Positions 19,995 to 28,697 of a DNA stretch of 64,000 nt are shown here, one piece after another. The notes below the pieces were generated by a model. The model made no database searches. It was given only the letters and a program-made list of their open reading frames with translations, and had not been told where the DNA came from. Positions within the stretch are counted from its first letter, which is position 1. Each line of letters starts with the position of its first letter. This DNA comes from Deltaproteobacteria bacterium. Its GTDB lineage: Bacteria; Myxococcota; Kuafuiibacteriia; Kuafuiibacteriales; Kuafuiibacteriaceae. The position numbers were made by a program, and so were the translations under genes. The DNA lies in assembly GCA_040218735.1 (NCBI GenBank), contig JAVJQW010000033.1:64001-128000 (forward strand), written 5' to 3'.

Positions 19995-21533
19995 TCAGCT
20001 ACCGCTCTCGGCCGTGCGGCGTTTGATGCCGTCCATCATCACCGGATAGTCGCCGAACATGTCGAAGACGCGGCGCCCACCCATCTCGCCGAAGTGCTCG
20101 CGCCAGATCTTGAAGTAGTAGTACGCCTCCTTGGAGACGAGCTGCGCTTCGGGGTGCTCGCGCTTGGCGGCTTCGAACTCGTCGTCCGTGACGCGGCCGT
20201 TGACGACCTCGATGATCGAACGCCCGCCGCTGCCCTGGTCGAACGGCATCTTCTCGCGCCACAGCAGGTCGTGCGGCAGCAGGTCCTCGAACGCCTCGCG
20301 CAGGATGTACTTCTCGACGAGGCGCCCATCGACCTCCTTGATCTTCACCTCGGCCGGCAGGTTGAGCGCGTACTCCACGAGGTCGCGGTCCATGAACGGC
20401 ACGCGCGCCTCCAGCGAGACCGCCATGCTCATGCGGTCGAGGCGCTGCAGCTCGGTCTTGTGCAGGTTCTGGATCAACGTCCACGTCGCCTGCTCGAGCT
20501 CGGGCCACGGCATGTTCCGCAGCGCCTTGTAGCCGGCGAAGATCTCGTCGCTCCCCTCGCCACACAGCACGACCTTGATGCCCATGTCCTTCGCGAAGCG
20601 CGCGGCCATGAGCGTGACCACCGAGCCGGTGACCATCGACGGGTTGTAGCTCTCGACGTGCCAGATCGCCTCCGGCAGCAGATCGAACATCTCGTCGACG
20701 GTGAAGGTCCGAACGTGGTGCCGGATGCCGAGGTGCTCACCGAGCTTTCGCGCCGCGATGACGTCGGGCCGCCCCTCCATCCCGACCGTGAAGGCCTGCA
20801 GGTTCGGGTTGTACTGCGCGGCGATCGCGGTCACGAGGCTGGAGTCGAGCCCGCCGGAGAGGAACGTCCCGACCTCGACGTCGGCGACCGTCATCCGCTT
20901 CTGGACCGCGTGGTCGAGGAGCGTGCGGACCATCTTGGGGTTCGGGAAGCTCTTGTGCGACGCGCGGTAGTAGTACTGCTCCGGCCCACGCTCCGTGAGG
21001 CGGTAACCGGGCGGTAGGCTGCGGACGGTTTGGGGCTCGACGCCGGCCGCGAGGAGGGCCTTAGCCTCCGAGGCGAAGTACCAGCGCTCACCCTCGCGGG
21101 CGTAGTAGAGCGGTTTGATGCCCAGCGCGTCGCGCGCGGCGAGGAAGCGGCCTCGGTTCTGGTCGTAGAGGACGAACGCGTACATCCCGTCGAGGAGCTT
21201 CACGCAGTCGTCACCGTGATCTTCGTAGAGGTGGGAGATGACCTCGGCGTCGGAGCCGGTCCCCAGCTCGTGAGTGGCCGACAGGTCCATCCTCAGCGCC
21301 TGGTGGTTGTAGATCTCCCCGTTGCAGACCACGTGGACGTCGCCGGTCTCGTTGTGGAGGGGCTGATCCCCCCGCTCGAGGTCCACGATCGACAGCCGAT
21401 TGATGCCCAGGCCGACCCGCCCGTCGAAGAACTGGTACTTCGTGTTGTCCTCGCCCCGGTGAACCGTATCCGAGAGCATCGCGACGAGCGCCTGCTCGTC
21501 GCTGTGGTTGAACATTCCGACGATGCCGCACAT
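19995..21533 (-). CDS. asnB: Asparagine synthase (glutamine-hydrolyzing) family amidotransferase
   Basis: N-terminal MCGI, RLSIVD, NGEIYNH, SGGLDSS, GEGSDEIFAGY, DRMSMAVSLEARVPF. Confidence 0.92.
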   Translation of the reverse strand: MCGIVGMFNHSDEQALVAMLSDTVHRGEDNTKYQFFDGRVGLGINRLSIVDLERGDQPLHNETGDVHVVCNGEIYNHQALRMDLSATHELGTGSDAEVISHLYEDHGDDCVKLLDGMYAFVLYDQNRGRFLAARDALGIKPLYYAREGERWYFASEAKALLAAGVEPQTVRSLPPGYRLTERGPEQYYYRASHKSFPNPKMVRTLLDHAVQKRMTVADVEVGTFLSGGLDSSLVTAIAAQYNPNLQAFTVGMEGRPDVIAARKLGEHLGIRHHVRTFTVDEMFDLLPEAIWHVESYNPSMVTGSVVTLMAARFAKDMGIKVVLCGEGSDEIFAGYKALRNMPWPELEQATWTLIQNLHKTELQRLDRMSMAVSLEARVPFMDRDLVEYALNLPAEVKIKEVDGRLVEKYILREAFEDLLPHDLLWREKMPFDQGSGGRSIIEVVNGRVTDDEFEAAKREHPEAQLVSKEAYYYFKIWREHFGEMGGRRVFDMFGDYPVMMDGIKRRTAESGS

Positions 21534-21691
21534 GGTTCCGTGCGGGGTAACAACTCGGGTCGAGGCCCGCAACCGAAGGTCCTCGGAGGCGCCGGCCCCG
21601 AAAGGCGCGGTTTGTCGACGTCAGCCCGAATCGCGTGGTACTCCAGTCAGAGTAGGGGGGCGAGTCCGTTCGGACCCCGCTTTTCGTAGCG

Positions 21692-23881
21692 ATGCCGCAT
21701 CGAGTCCTGGTCGTAGACGACGAAGAGTCGATCCGCTCACTCATCAAGGACTACCTCGAAGGGCAGGGGTATCGCGTCCTCGTCGCACCGGACTGCGACA
21801 AAGCGCTCAAGATGTTCGAGAACGATCGGCCGCACATGGCGATCGTCGACTTCCTCCTGCCGCCCAAGAACGGGTTCGCGGTGGTCGAGTCGATGCGGTC
21901 TGCGCAGAAGAACGCACGTCTACCCATCATCATGATGAGCGGCGTCTTCAAGAACCCGAAGACCGCCGTCGAGGCCCGCGAGAAGTACCAGGTCGTCGAG
22001 TTCCTCTCGAAGCCGCTGGACCTCGAGCAGCTCTCGCAGATCGTCTCCGAGTCCCTCGAGGGGATCGAACCCGACGACTACCAACCCGAGGCCCCCGCCG
22101 CGATTCGGCCGACGTCCATCTCACCGGACAAGAGCGCCTCCGCACCGCGCCGCGGGCGCTCCGGATCCAAACCCCCACCCCGCGGGCTGTCGTACGGCGG
22201 TGGCGGACCAGCGCCGAAGGCCGAGGCGGGCGGTGCACCGCAGCCTCGCGCGCCGTCGGTGGCCGAGCTCATCCAGGACGGCATCTACATGGGGCGCCCG
22301 TTCCCCGAGCTCGACGAAGAGGGGGAGATCGAGACGTACCCCGTCGCGCTGCTCCTCTCGACCATCCGTTACGACGGCTCGACCGGCATGCTCGACATGA
22401 CCGACTCGGGCACCCACCGGCGCATCTACATCACCGAGGGCAACCCGACCTTCATGCAGTCGAACGCCGAGGGCGAAAACGTCGGCGCGCTGCTGTTGCG
22501 CCGCGGGCGCATCACGGAGCCCGACTTCGACCGCTGCCTTCGTTACATGAAGGACAAGCGCCGAACGCTGCAGCAGTCGCTCCTCGAGCTGAAGCTCGTG
22601 AACGAGCCGGACCTCGCGACCGCCTACAAGCTCCTCGCCGGGCAGCTGCTCCCGCTCGCGCTCGGGATGAGCGGCGGCACTTTCAAGTGGCGCGTCACGG
22701 ATGCGTTCGTGGGGCGCGTGCCCGAGGGCCGCTTCGACGCGATGGCGACGCTCTTCGACGGCATCAAGCGGCACGTGCACCCGCCGCAGATCCTGAAGTT
22801 CTTCAAGGGCCGCGAGGACATCCCGCTCGTGAAGACCACGGAGTTCGAGAAGCTCCAGCCGTACTTCAGACGCACGTTCTCCGCGACGAACATCGTCAGC
22901 CAGATCGACGGCGGCACGACGTACCGCTCCATCACGCGGTCGATGTCGGACGACGCGTCGACCGTGATCCCGCAGCTCTTCGCGCTCGCGACGAGCGGCA
23001 TGTGTGTGCTCCCGGAGCTCACGGAGTCGAACGCCATGGAGGTCGCGGTGAACGCCGCGGCGGCGGACATCCAGTTCGGCTCCGAGCTCGACGGCTCGGG
23101 AGACATCGACCTCGGCCTCGACGACGGAGGCTCGGACCTCTCGCCGGAGGCGAAGAAGGCGCAGGCGCGCATCGAGCGTTACTACGACGACATCATGTCG
23201 CAGGACTTCTTCCGAATCTTCAACGCTGCGCCCGACACCGACGAGGACACGGTGAAGGCGGCGTACTTCGACCTCGCGAAGAAGTGGCACACGGACTCGT
23301 TCGCGAACCTCGGCTTGTCGAAGTCACTCCTGCGCAAGGTCGACGAGATCTTCCAGCGCATCACCGAGGCCTACGACACGATCACCAACCCGCAGCGTCG
23401 CGGCGAGTACATGGTGTACCTCGACCGCAAGCAGAAGGGCCTCCCGACCGACGTCAACGAGATCCTGCGCGGTGAGCAGCTCTACGATCAGGCGCTCGCG
23501 ATGATTCGCCGCCGCGACTTCTCCGGTGCGCAATCCGTGTTGCAGGAAGCGACGCGCCTCAACCCGGACCCGCTCTACTACGCGACGCTCGGTTGGGCGA
23601 CGTTCAACGTGAACCAGAAGTCACAGGTGCACGTGACCGAGGCGGTGCAGCAGCTCAAACACGCGATCAGCGAGCAGGAGAACCTGCCGGTCGCGTACCA
23701 GTACCTCGGTCAGATCTGCTTCATGCGCGGGCAGAACAGCGAAGCCAAGAAGTGGTGGTCGCGCTGCCTGGAGTGGGAGCCGAACAACATCGACGCCGCC
23801 CGCGGCATCCGCATGGTCAACTCACGCGGCGAGTCCAAGGGCAACAAGGGCCTCCTCTCCAAGTTCCTCAAGGAGAAGTGA
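21692..23881 (+). CDS. Response regulator: receiver + DUF4388-like + J-like domain + TPR
   Basis: Receiver VLVVDD, IVDFLLP, FLSKP; Pro-rich linker; RRIYITEGNP...VGALLLRRGRIT; J-like AYFDLAKKWHTD...IFQRITEAYDT; C-terminal TPRs. Confidence 0.85.
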   Translation: MPHRVLVVDDEESIRSLIKDYLEGQGYRVLVAPDCDKALKMFENDRPHMAIVDFLLPPKNGFAVVESMRSAQKNARLPIIMMSGVFKNPKTAVEAREKYQVVEFLSKPLDLEQLSQIVSESLEGIEPDDYQPEAPAAIRPTSISPDKSASAPRRGRSGSKPPPRGLSYGGGGPAPKAEAGGAPQPRAPSVAELIQDGIYMGRPFPELDEEGEIETYPVALLLSTIRYDGSTGMLDMTDSGTHRRIYITEGNPTFMQSNAEGENVGALLLRRGRITEPDFDRCLRYMKDKRRTLQQSLLELKLVNEPDLATAYKLLAGQLLPLALGMSGGTFKWRVTDAFVGRVPEGRFDAMATLFDGIKRHVHPPQILKFFKGREDIPLVKTTEFEKLQPYFRRTFSATNIVSQIDGGTTYRSITRSMSDDASTVIPQLFALATSGMCVLPELTESNAMEVAVNAAAADIQFGSELDGSGDIDLGLDDGGSDLSPEAKKAQARIERYYDDIMSQDFFRIFNAAPDTDEDTVKAAYFDLAKKWHTDSFANLGLSKSLLRKVDEIFQRITEAYDTITNPQRRGEYMVYLDRKQKGLPTDVNEILRGEQLYDQALAMIRRRDFSGAQSVLQEATRLNPDPLYYATLGWATFNVNQKSQVHVTEAVQQLKHAISEQENLPVAYQYLGQICFMRGQNSEAKKWWSRCLEWEPNNIDAARGIRMVNSRGESKGNKGLLSKFLKEK

Positions 23882-23912
23882 CGTCGCGGCGCGTCGCGCG
23901 CCGTAGCGAAAC

Positions 23913-23940
23913 GTCACGGACGGTCACGGATCGCCACGGA
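23913..23940 (+). repeat. Three direct repeats GYCACGGA at 10-bp period, candidate enhancer
   Basis: GTCACGGA at 23913 and 23923, GCCACGGA at 23933; intergenic. Confidence 0.6.
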
Positions 23941-23969
23941 CGGAACCCGCGCGCGCCTCCGCCCTCCGT

Positions 23970-23985
23970 CGGCACGTGTCCTGCG
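23970..23985 (+). promoter_or_regulatory. Sigma54-type -24/-12 promoter
   Basis: CGGCACG-TGTC-CTGCG (GG-N10-GC), with ATG 23999 just downstream and direct repeats upstream. Confidence 0.5.
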
Positions 23986-23998
23986 TGTTCGATCGGGC

Positions 23999-24364
23999 AT
24001 GTACGAATCGCTGAAACACCCCGGCACCTCGAAGATGACGACGATCTACGTGCGGCCCGAGCGTGAGGGCTGGGCCGTCCTCGGTGAGCACGGCCGCATC
24101 GCGGTCCGCGTGAGCGAGGAGGGCGCGTATCGGTTCGCGCTCGATCTGGCCAAGGCCGCCCGGCCGTCGCGGCTCGTGTGGCACCGCGCCGACGGCGAGA
24201 GTGTGGTGCGCCGCTTCGGCCCCGAGCTGTGGCCGCCGAACCCGAAGCCGCTCGACCGCTACGACGGCGCGCACGGATCCCGCGGGCACGAAGCCCGCTT
24301 TCACTTCGAGCCGGAAGGCGCGCGGTTGGATCTGCGGTGGTCGATGAAGGACGCGATGGCGTAG
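23999..24364 (+). CDS. Small hypothetical protein, DUF2188-like
   Basis: IYVRPEREGWAV...ALDLAKAARPSRLVWHRADG resembles DUF2188; alternative start at 24035. Confidence 0.55.
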   Translation: MYESLKHPGTSKMTTIYVRPEREGWAVLGEHGRIAVRVSEEGAYRFALDLAKAARPSRLVWHRADGESVVRRFGPELWPPNPKPLDRYDGAHGSRGHEARFHFEPEGARLDLRWSMKDAMA

Positions 24365-24386
24365 GCGGCCCGAAGGGCGGGGCGAC

Positions 24387-25730
24387 CTACTCCTCTTCGT
24401 CCTTGATGATGATGGTGCCGCCCTGGAGCGGTTTGATCGGGCCGCGGACCTTCACGCGCTTCCGCTTGGGCCCGGCGCGTCGCGCGACCTTCGCGGGCGA
24501 CGCGTCGACCTCGTTGATCGTGCTCTGCGAGCGGATGCGTTTTTCGATCGTGGCCACCGCGGAGGCGCCTTTGAAGGAGCGCACCGACTCGTCGATCGCG
24601 CCGACGATCTGGAACACGTCGGCCTCCGCCGTCAGCAGCTCGAGGTCGAACGCGACGACGTTGAGGTGCTGGACGTTCCCGGTGCCGACGTCGACGACCA
24701 GGGTGTGCATGTTGAAGTGATCCTCGTCCTTCGCCATGCCGCCGGCGACGACGTACTTGGCGCCGGCCACCTTGCCCGCCTGCACCGCGCTCTTCACCGC
24801 GGACTTGTCGAGTTTGTTGGCCGCGATCGCGTCGGTCACGTCGCCGACGGAGTCGCCGCCGACGCTGCCGCCGAAGCTGACCGTGAACGTCGTCTTCTTG
24901 CCGGCCTTCACGTCGACGATCCCGCCGTACTGCGGCACACCTTCGACGACGGCGGTGAGGAGGTGCTTCCCGGGCACGGTCTTCTCGAGCACGACCGGCG
25001 CGACGTCCATCTCGCGGCCGTCGAGGAACACCTTCGCGCCGGGCAGCCCGCTCTTCACGAACAGCTCACCGCGCTTGTCCTTCAGCGCTTCGGTCGCGGC
25101 CGCGCGGAACCAGCGGCGGTAGTGGCGTGAGAACTCCTTCGCCGGGAGCGCGAACGACGGGCGCATCCGCGCCGCGACGTCCATGACCTTCTTGGCTTCG
25201 GCGTCGTCCGCGGCCCACATCAACGCGCGCGCGAGATCGTGGTGTGCGCGGATGAAGTCGTCGACCTCTTCGATCGCGCCCGCGTTCTTCTCCATCGCCG
25301 CGATCACCTTTTGGCGCGCGGCGATCGCCGCGCGGATGTCGCGGCGCGCTTCGGCTTCGGTGGCTTCCTTCTGCGCGGCGGTGGCTTCGTCGAGCGTCGG
25401 TCCGCTCTCCTTCGCCCCGTTGGCGACCGCGCCGCGGATGACGACGATGCCGTCCTTTTGCTGCAGCTCTTTGTTCAGCAGGTTCGTCGCGGTCGCGGCC
25501 TTCCGCTGCTCCACCGACCGGAAGATCGGTTGGTACGGCAGGACGAGCACCTTCTCGCCCGTCTTCTCCGCTTCGGCGGCTTTTTCCGCGGCGGCTTCGG
25601 CCGTCCCGTTGGTGGAGGGCTCCGCGGACTCTGCGGCGGCCTCTCCGGCTGCGAACGCGGGGGTCGACGCGAGCGCGAAGACGCTGGCGCCGAGCAAGAA
25701 GGCGTTCCGTCGGACAAGTTGGTTCATCAT
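24387..25730 (-). CDS. Exported PEGA-domain protein with TPR-like helices
   Basis: Signal peptide ending PAFA; PEGA LFVKSGLPGAKVFLDG...PGKHLL. Confidence 0.8.
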   Translation of the reverse strand: MMNQLVRRNAFLLGASVFALASTPAFAAGEAAAESAEPSTNGTAEAAAEKAAEAEKTGEKVLVLPYQPIFRSVEQRKAATATNLLNKELQQKDGIVVIRGAVANGAKESGPTLDEATAAQKEATEAEARRDIRAAIAARQKVIAAMEKNAGAIEEVDDFIRAHHDLARALMWAADDAEAKKVMDVAARMRPSFALPAKEFSRHYRRWFRAAATEALKDKRGELFVKSGLPGAKVFLDGREMDVAPVVLEKTVPGKHLLTAVVEGVPQYGGIVDVKAGKKTTFTVSFGGSVGGDSVGDVTDAIAANKLDKSAVKSAVQAGKVAGAKYVVAGGMAKDEDHFNMHTLVVDVGTGNVQHLNVVAFDLELLTAEADVFQIVGAIDESVRSFKGASAVATIEKRIRSQSTINEVDASPAKVARRAGPKRKRVKVRGPIKPLQGGTIIIKDEEE

Positions 25731-25773
25731 GCGCGCTCCCGATTCAAAACGTGCGATCCGGCCGGGTCAACGT

Positions 25774-26595
25774 TTACGCTCGACACTGTTCGAGCACCGT
25801 CTCGACGTACGACGAAAGCAGCGCCTTGCTGCCGCGTACGACGAACTTCACGACCCTGAATTCCGGATCCGTGGCCACGTCCTGCCCACCGGGACCGCGC
25901 ACGAGGAGCGCGCCATCGGCGTCCTCCGCGTCGCTCCAGCTCGTATCCGGGGCTTCCGTGACCAAGGTCTGCACCACAAAACTCGTCAGAGCCCGCACCG
26001 CCGCCGAGTGAAACACCATCCGACCGCGCACCTGGCTCCGCTCCTGCAGGATGTGACGCTCCAACGCCCCCAAACTTTCAAGTCCTGGGGCGATCAGCTG
26101 GCGAAAACACGTCCTGGAGGCGTCGACGACGGCCTGGCCGCCCTCCGCGAGGATGTCGGCGTACTCGCCGCGCGGGGTGTCCTCGATCAGGCACTCCTCG
26201 AAGCTCCCGAGCGTCGCCGACGCGTCCTGGGGCCTGAGGTAGCCGGTCCGCCACTTGTCGAGCGTCGACCGCTTGTTGCGCGAGAACCGCGCGAACATCG
26301 ACCGGTCCTCGCGCCCTCCGCCCTCCGTCTCGACCGGCGTGAAGCCGAGGCTGATCAGGCCGTCCTTGAGCGGCTCGGGGATCGGGGAGCGCGAGACCAC
26401 ACACGTGGCGAGGGCGAGGTTGTCCGGATCCAGGATCGTGGGATCCGTCATCGCCTGGTACTGGTGCTCGAAGATCCGCTCGTTGACCGCCGCGACGAGC
26501 TCCTCGGCCGATACGGCGTGCGGATCGACGAGGTTCGCGGTGAGCTCCACCACGCCGTCCTTCACCGCGATCAGTAGGCCCTCTTCCAGCGGCAC
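25774..26595 (-). CDS. Hypothetical protein
   Basis: Clean 273-aa ORF between GT87 and PEGA genes with typical codon usage; function not recognised. Confidence 0.7.
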   Translation of the reverse strand: MPLEEGLLIAVKDGVVELTANLVDPHAVSAEELVAAVNERIFEHQYQAMTDPTILDPDNLALATCVVSRSPIPEPLKDGLISLGFTPVETEGGGREDRSMFARFSRNKRSTLDKWRTGYLRPQDASATLGSFEECLIEDTPRGEYADILAEGGQAVVDASRTCFRQLIAPGLESLGALERHILQERSQVRGRMVFHSAAVRALTSFVVQTLVTEAPDTSWSDAEDADGALLVRGPGGQDVATDPEFRVVKFVVRGSKALLSSYVETVLEQCRA

Positions 26596-26607
26596 CGCGG
26601 GCGGAGG

Positions 26608-27927
26608 TTAGCCGACCCTTCGGCGGCGAACCAGTACCCAGCTCGTCAGCGCGAGCGCCGGCGCGTGGACCACGAACCGCACCCAGCCGAGGTCCGTCCA
26701 GCGCCCGGTCACCAGCTCCAGCCAGGACGGGTGATGGAGGAGCGGCGCGGCCACCACGAGCCACAGCACGGCCGGGGTGAAGCGAAAGCCGGGCGCCGCC
26801 AGCGCGAACGGGACGAGCCACAGCACGTACCAAGGGTGGAAGGTCGGCGCGAGGAGGAGGAGCGCGAAGATCAGCGTCCCGGCGCGCTCGGGGACGGCGT
26901 CGACCGCGACGCGGCGGCGCAGCGACACGACCATCACCCCGAGGAACAGCACCCCGGTGAGCCCGCGCGCGACCTGGTGGCGCGTGAGCGTGACCGTTCC
27001 GAAGCGGCGCCAGTCGCCGCCCAGCCCCAGCTCCGCGACCTCCAGGAGCACCGTGAACAGGCCGTCGCCGGCGCGCCAGCGCGAGGCGTAGGCGCCGAGC
27101 CCTTCGCCGGCGTGGCTCCCCGCGAGGAGGAAGGGCACCGCGAGGAGCGCGAGGCCCGCGAGGACCCAAGTCCCGCGCCGTGTGGCGCGGAGGGCCGCGG
27201 GGAGGGCGACGAGGCCGTTGAGCTTCGCGAGCGCGGCGAGCACGAGGCCGCCGTAGCCAGCCGCCGGTCTCAGCTTCGCGAAGCCGAAGACCGCGACGGC
27301 GAGGCCCAGCGCGGAGAGCCCGTCCGCGTGGCCCTCCCGCGCGACCTCGACGAGGCCGATCGGGCAGAGCCACCACGCGATCGCCGCGCGTGGCCCGGCG
27401 ACGCGGTGGAGGATCGCGGTCGTCGCGCCGTCGGCGATCACCAGGAGCGCTTTGAGCCAGTACAGGGCGTACGTCCCGGTGAGGGCGGCGAGGCCGCCGG
27501 CGAGCGCGAAGACCGTCTGCGCGAACGGCGGGTAGATCGTCGCGAGCTCGGGGTGGTTGATGCGGAGCCAGGCGCGGTCGAGCAGGGCGGGATCCACGCC
27601 GAGCGCCGGGGCCTCCGCGGGGGCGTGGGCGAACGGGAAGCCGAGGCCTTCGGACCAGACGACGCGCCCCTCGAAGACGTAGCGGAAGACGTCGTCCGAG
27701 AAGGCCGGGGCGAGCGCGATCGCCCAAATCCTGAGGAGGGCGCCCGCGACGAGCGCGGCCTGCGGTCGGCGTCCTTCACCGCGGGCGAGGAGGATCCAGC
27801 CGATCCCCGCGATGGCCATCGCGACGAGGTGAGCGAGGAACCGCCGGCGTGGATCGTCCAGGCTGAACGACGCGGCGGTGCCGAGCACGATGGCGGCGAG
27901 CGCGAGGTCTTCGCGGTGGAGTCGCAT
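26608..27927 (-). CDS. GT-C fold membrane glycosyltransferase (GT87/DUF2029-like)
   Basis: SDDVFRY, INHP...TIYPP, EGHAD, PTFHPWY; multiple TMs. Confidence 0.82.
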   Translation of the reverse strand: MRLHREDLALAAIVLGTAASFSLDDPRRRFLAHLVAMAIAGIGWILLARGEGRRPQAALVAGALLRIWAIALAPAFSDDVFRYVFEGRVVWSEGLGFPFAHAPAEAPALGVDPALLDRAWLRINHPELATIYPPFAQTVFALAGGLAALTGTYALYWLKALLVIADGATTAILHRVAGPRAAIAWWLCPIGLVEVAREGHADGLSALGLAVAVFGFAKLRPAAGYGGLVLAALAKLNGLVALPAALRATRRGTWVLAGLALLAVPFLLAGSHAGEGLGAYASRWRAGDGLFTVLLEVAELGLGGDWRRFGTVTLTRHQVARGLTGVLFLGVMVVSLRRRVAVDAVPERAGTLIFALLLLAPTFHPWYVLWLVPFALAAPGFRFTPAVLWLVVAAPLLHHPSWLELVTGRWTDLGWVRFVVHAPALALTSWVLVRRRRVG

Positions 27928-28000
27928 GAGGAGGTTTCGAACCGGGATCCGCTTGTTTGACAGCCTGTCCGGAGAATGCGATTTATCCGAAACTGCCGTG

Positions 28001-28693
28001 ATGCGTCAGCTTTTACGCGCTTCACTCCTGACGACCTTGTCGTCGTTCGTGATCACTTCGGGGGCGGTCGAAGCAGCGCAGGTGCGCGGCTCGGTCCAGG
28101 CGCCGCCGAAGCCGGTCGAGGTCGGCAAGGAGGGGGGCTATGCGCGCACGCAGGTGTCCGCTCCGGCCAAGAGCCTCGAGGAGCAGAAGCAGGACGTCAC
28201 GCTGTTCCTCTACAGCAAGGAATCCCTCCCCATACCGGCTCCGGAGGCGCACCAGACCGTCACGATCCGCGGGCGGCGCTTCACGCCGGACGTCGCGGCA
28301 TGTGCAGTCGATGCGGAGATCGTGTTCGACAACCAGGAGCGGGACGCGGTGACGGTCGTCGTGAACGCCACCAAGATCGGCCCGATCCAGCCCGGCGAGA
28401 AGGCTTCGTACACGTGCGCGGCCGGCGAGCCCGAGGACCCGCGCGTCGTTCGGGTCGAGGGCATTCGGTTCATGTCGGGCCTCGTGTACGTCGGGCAGAT
28501 CGGCGTCGCGGCGCGGCCGAACGAGGCCGGGTACTTCTCGATCAGCGCGCCGCAGGGCACCTACGAACTTCAATATTTGACCAAAGCGGGGATCGTGATG
28601 CGCAAGCCCGTCGAGATCGAGCGCTCGGACGTCAACGTCGGCGCGGTGAATCTCGCCGAGTCCAGCGAACCCGAGGGTACGGACGGCGAGTGA
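28001..28693 (+). CDS. Exported beta-sandwich protein (cupredoxin/carboxypeptidase-regulatory-like)
   Basis: Signal peptide MRQLLRASLL...VEA; TIRGRRFTP...IVFDNQE; GYFSISAPQGTYEL. Confidence 0.7.
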   Translation: MRQLLRASLLTTLSSFVITSGAVEAAQVRGSVQAPPKPVEVGKEGGYARTQVSAPAKSLEEQKQDVTLFLYSKESLPIPAPEAHQTVTIRGRRFTPDVAACAVDAEIVFDNQERDAVTVVVNATKIGPIQPGEKASYTCAAGEPEDPRVVRVEGIRFMSGLVYVGQIGVAARPNEAGYFSISAPQGTYELQYLTKAGIVMRKPVEIERSDVNVGAVNLAESSEPEGTDGE

Positions 28694-28697
28694 GCCC

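Noticed and set aside
21545-21640. c-di-GMP-I (GEMM) riboswitch upstream of asnB
   Set aside because: Fragments such as CAAACC and GCCTCCG resemble it, but the GAAA loop and GCAAA junction are absent on the asnB strand.
27944-27970. Third copy of the ECF promoter (GGGATC-N16-TGTCC)
   Set aside because: Lacks the ATTT extension and has two mismatches in the -10 box; probably chance.
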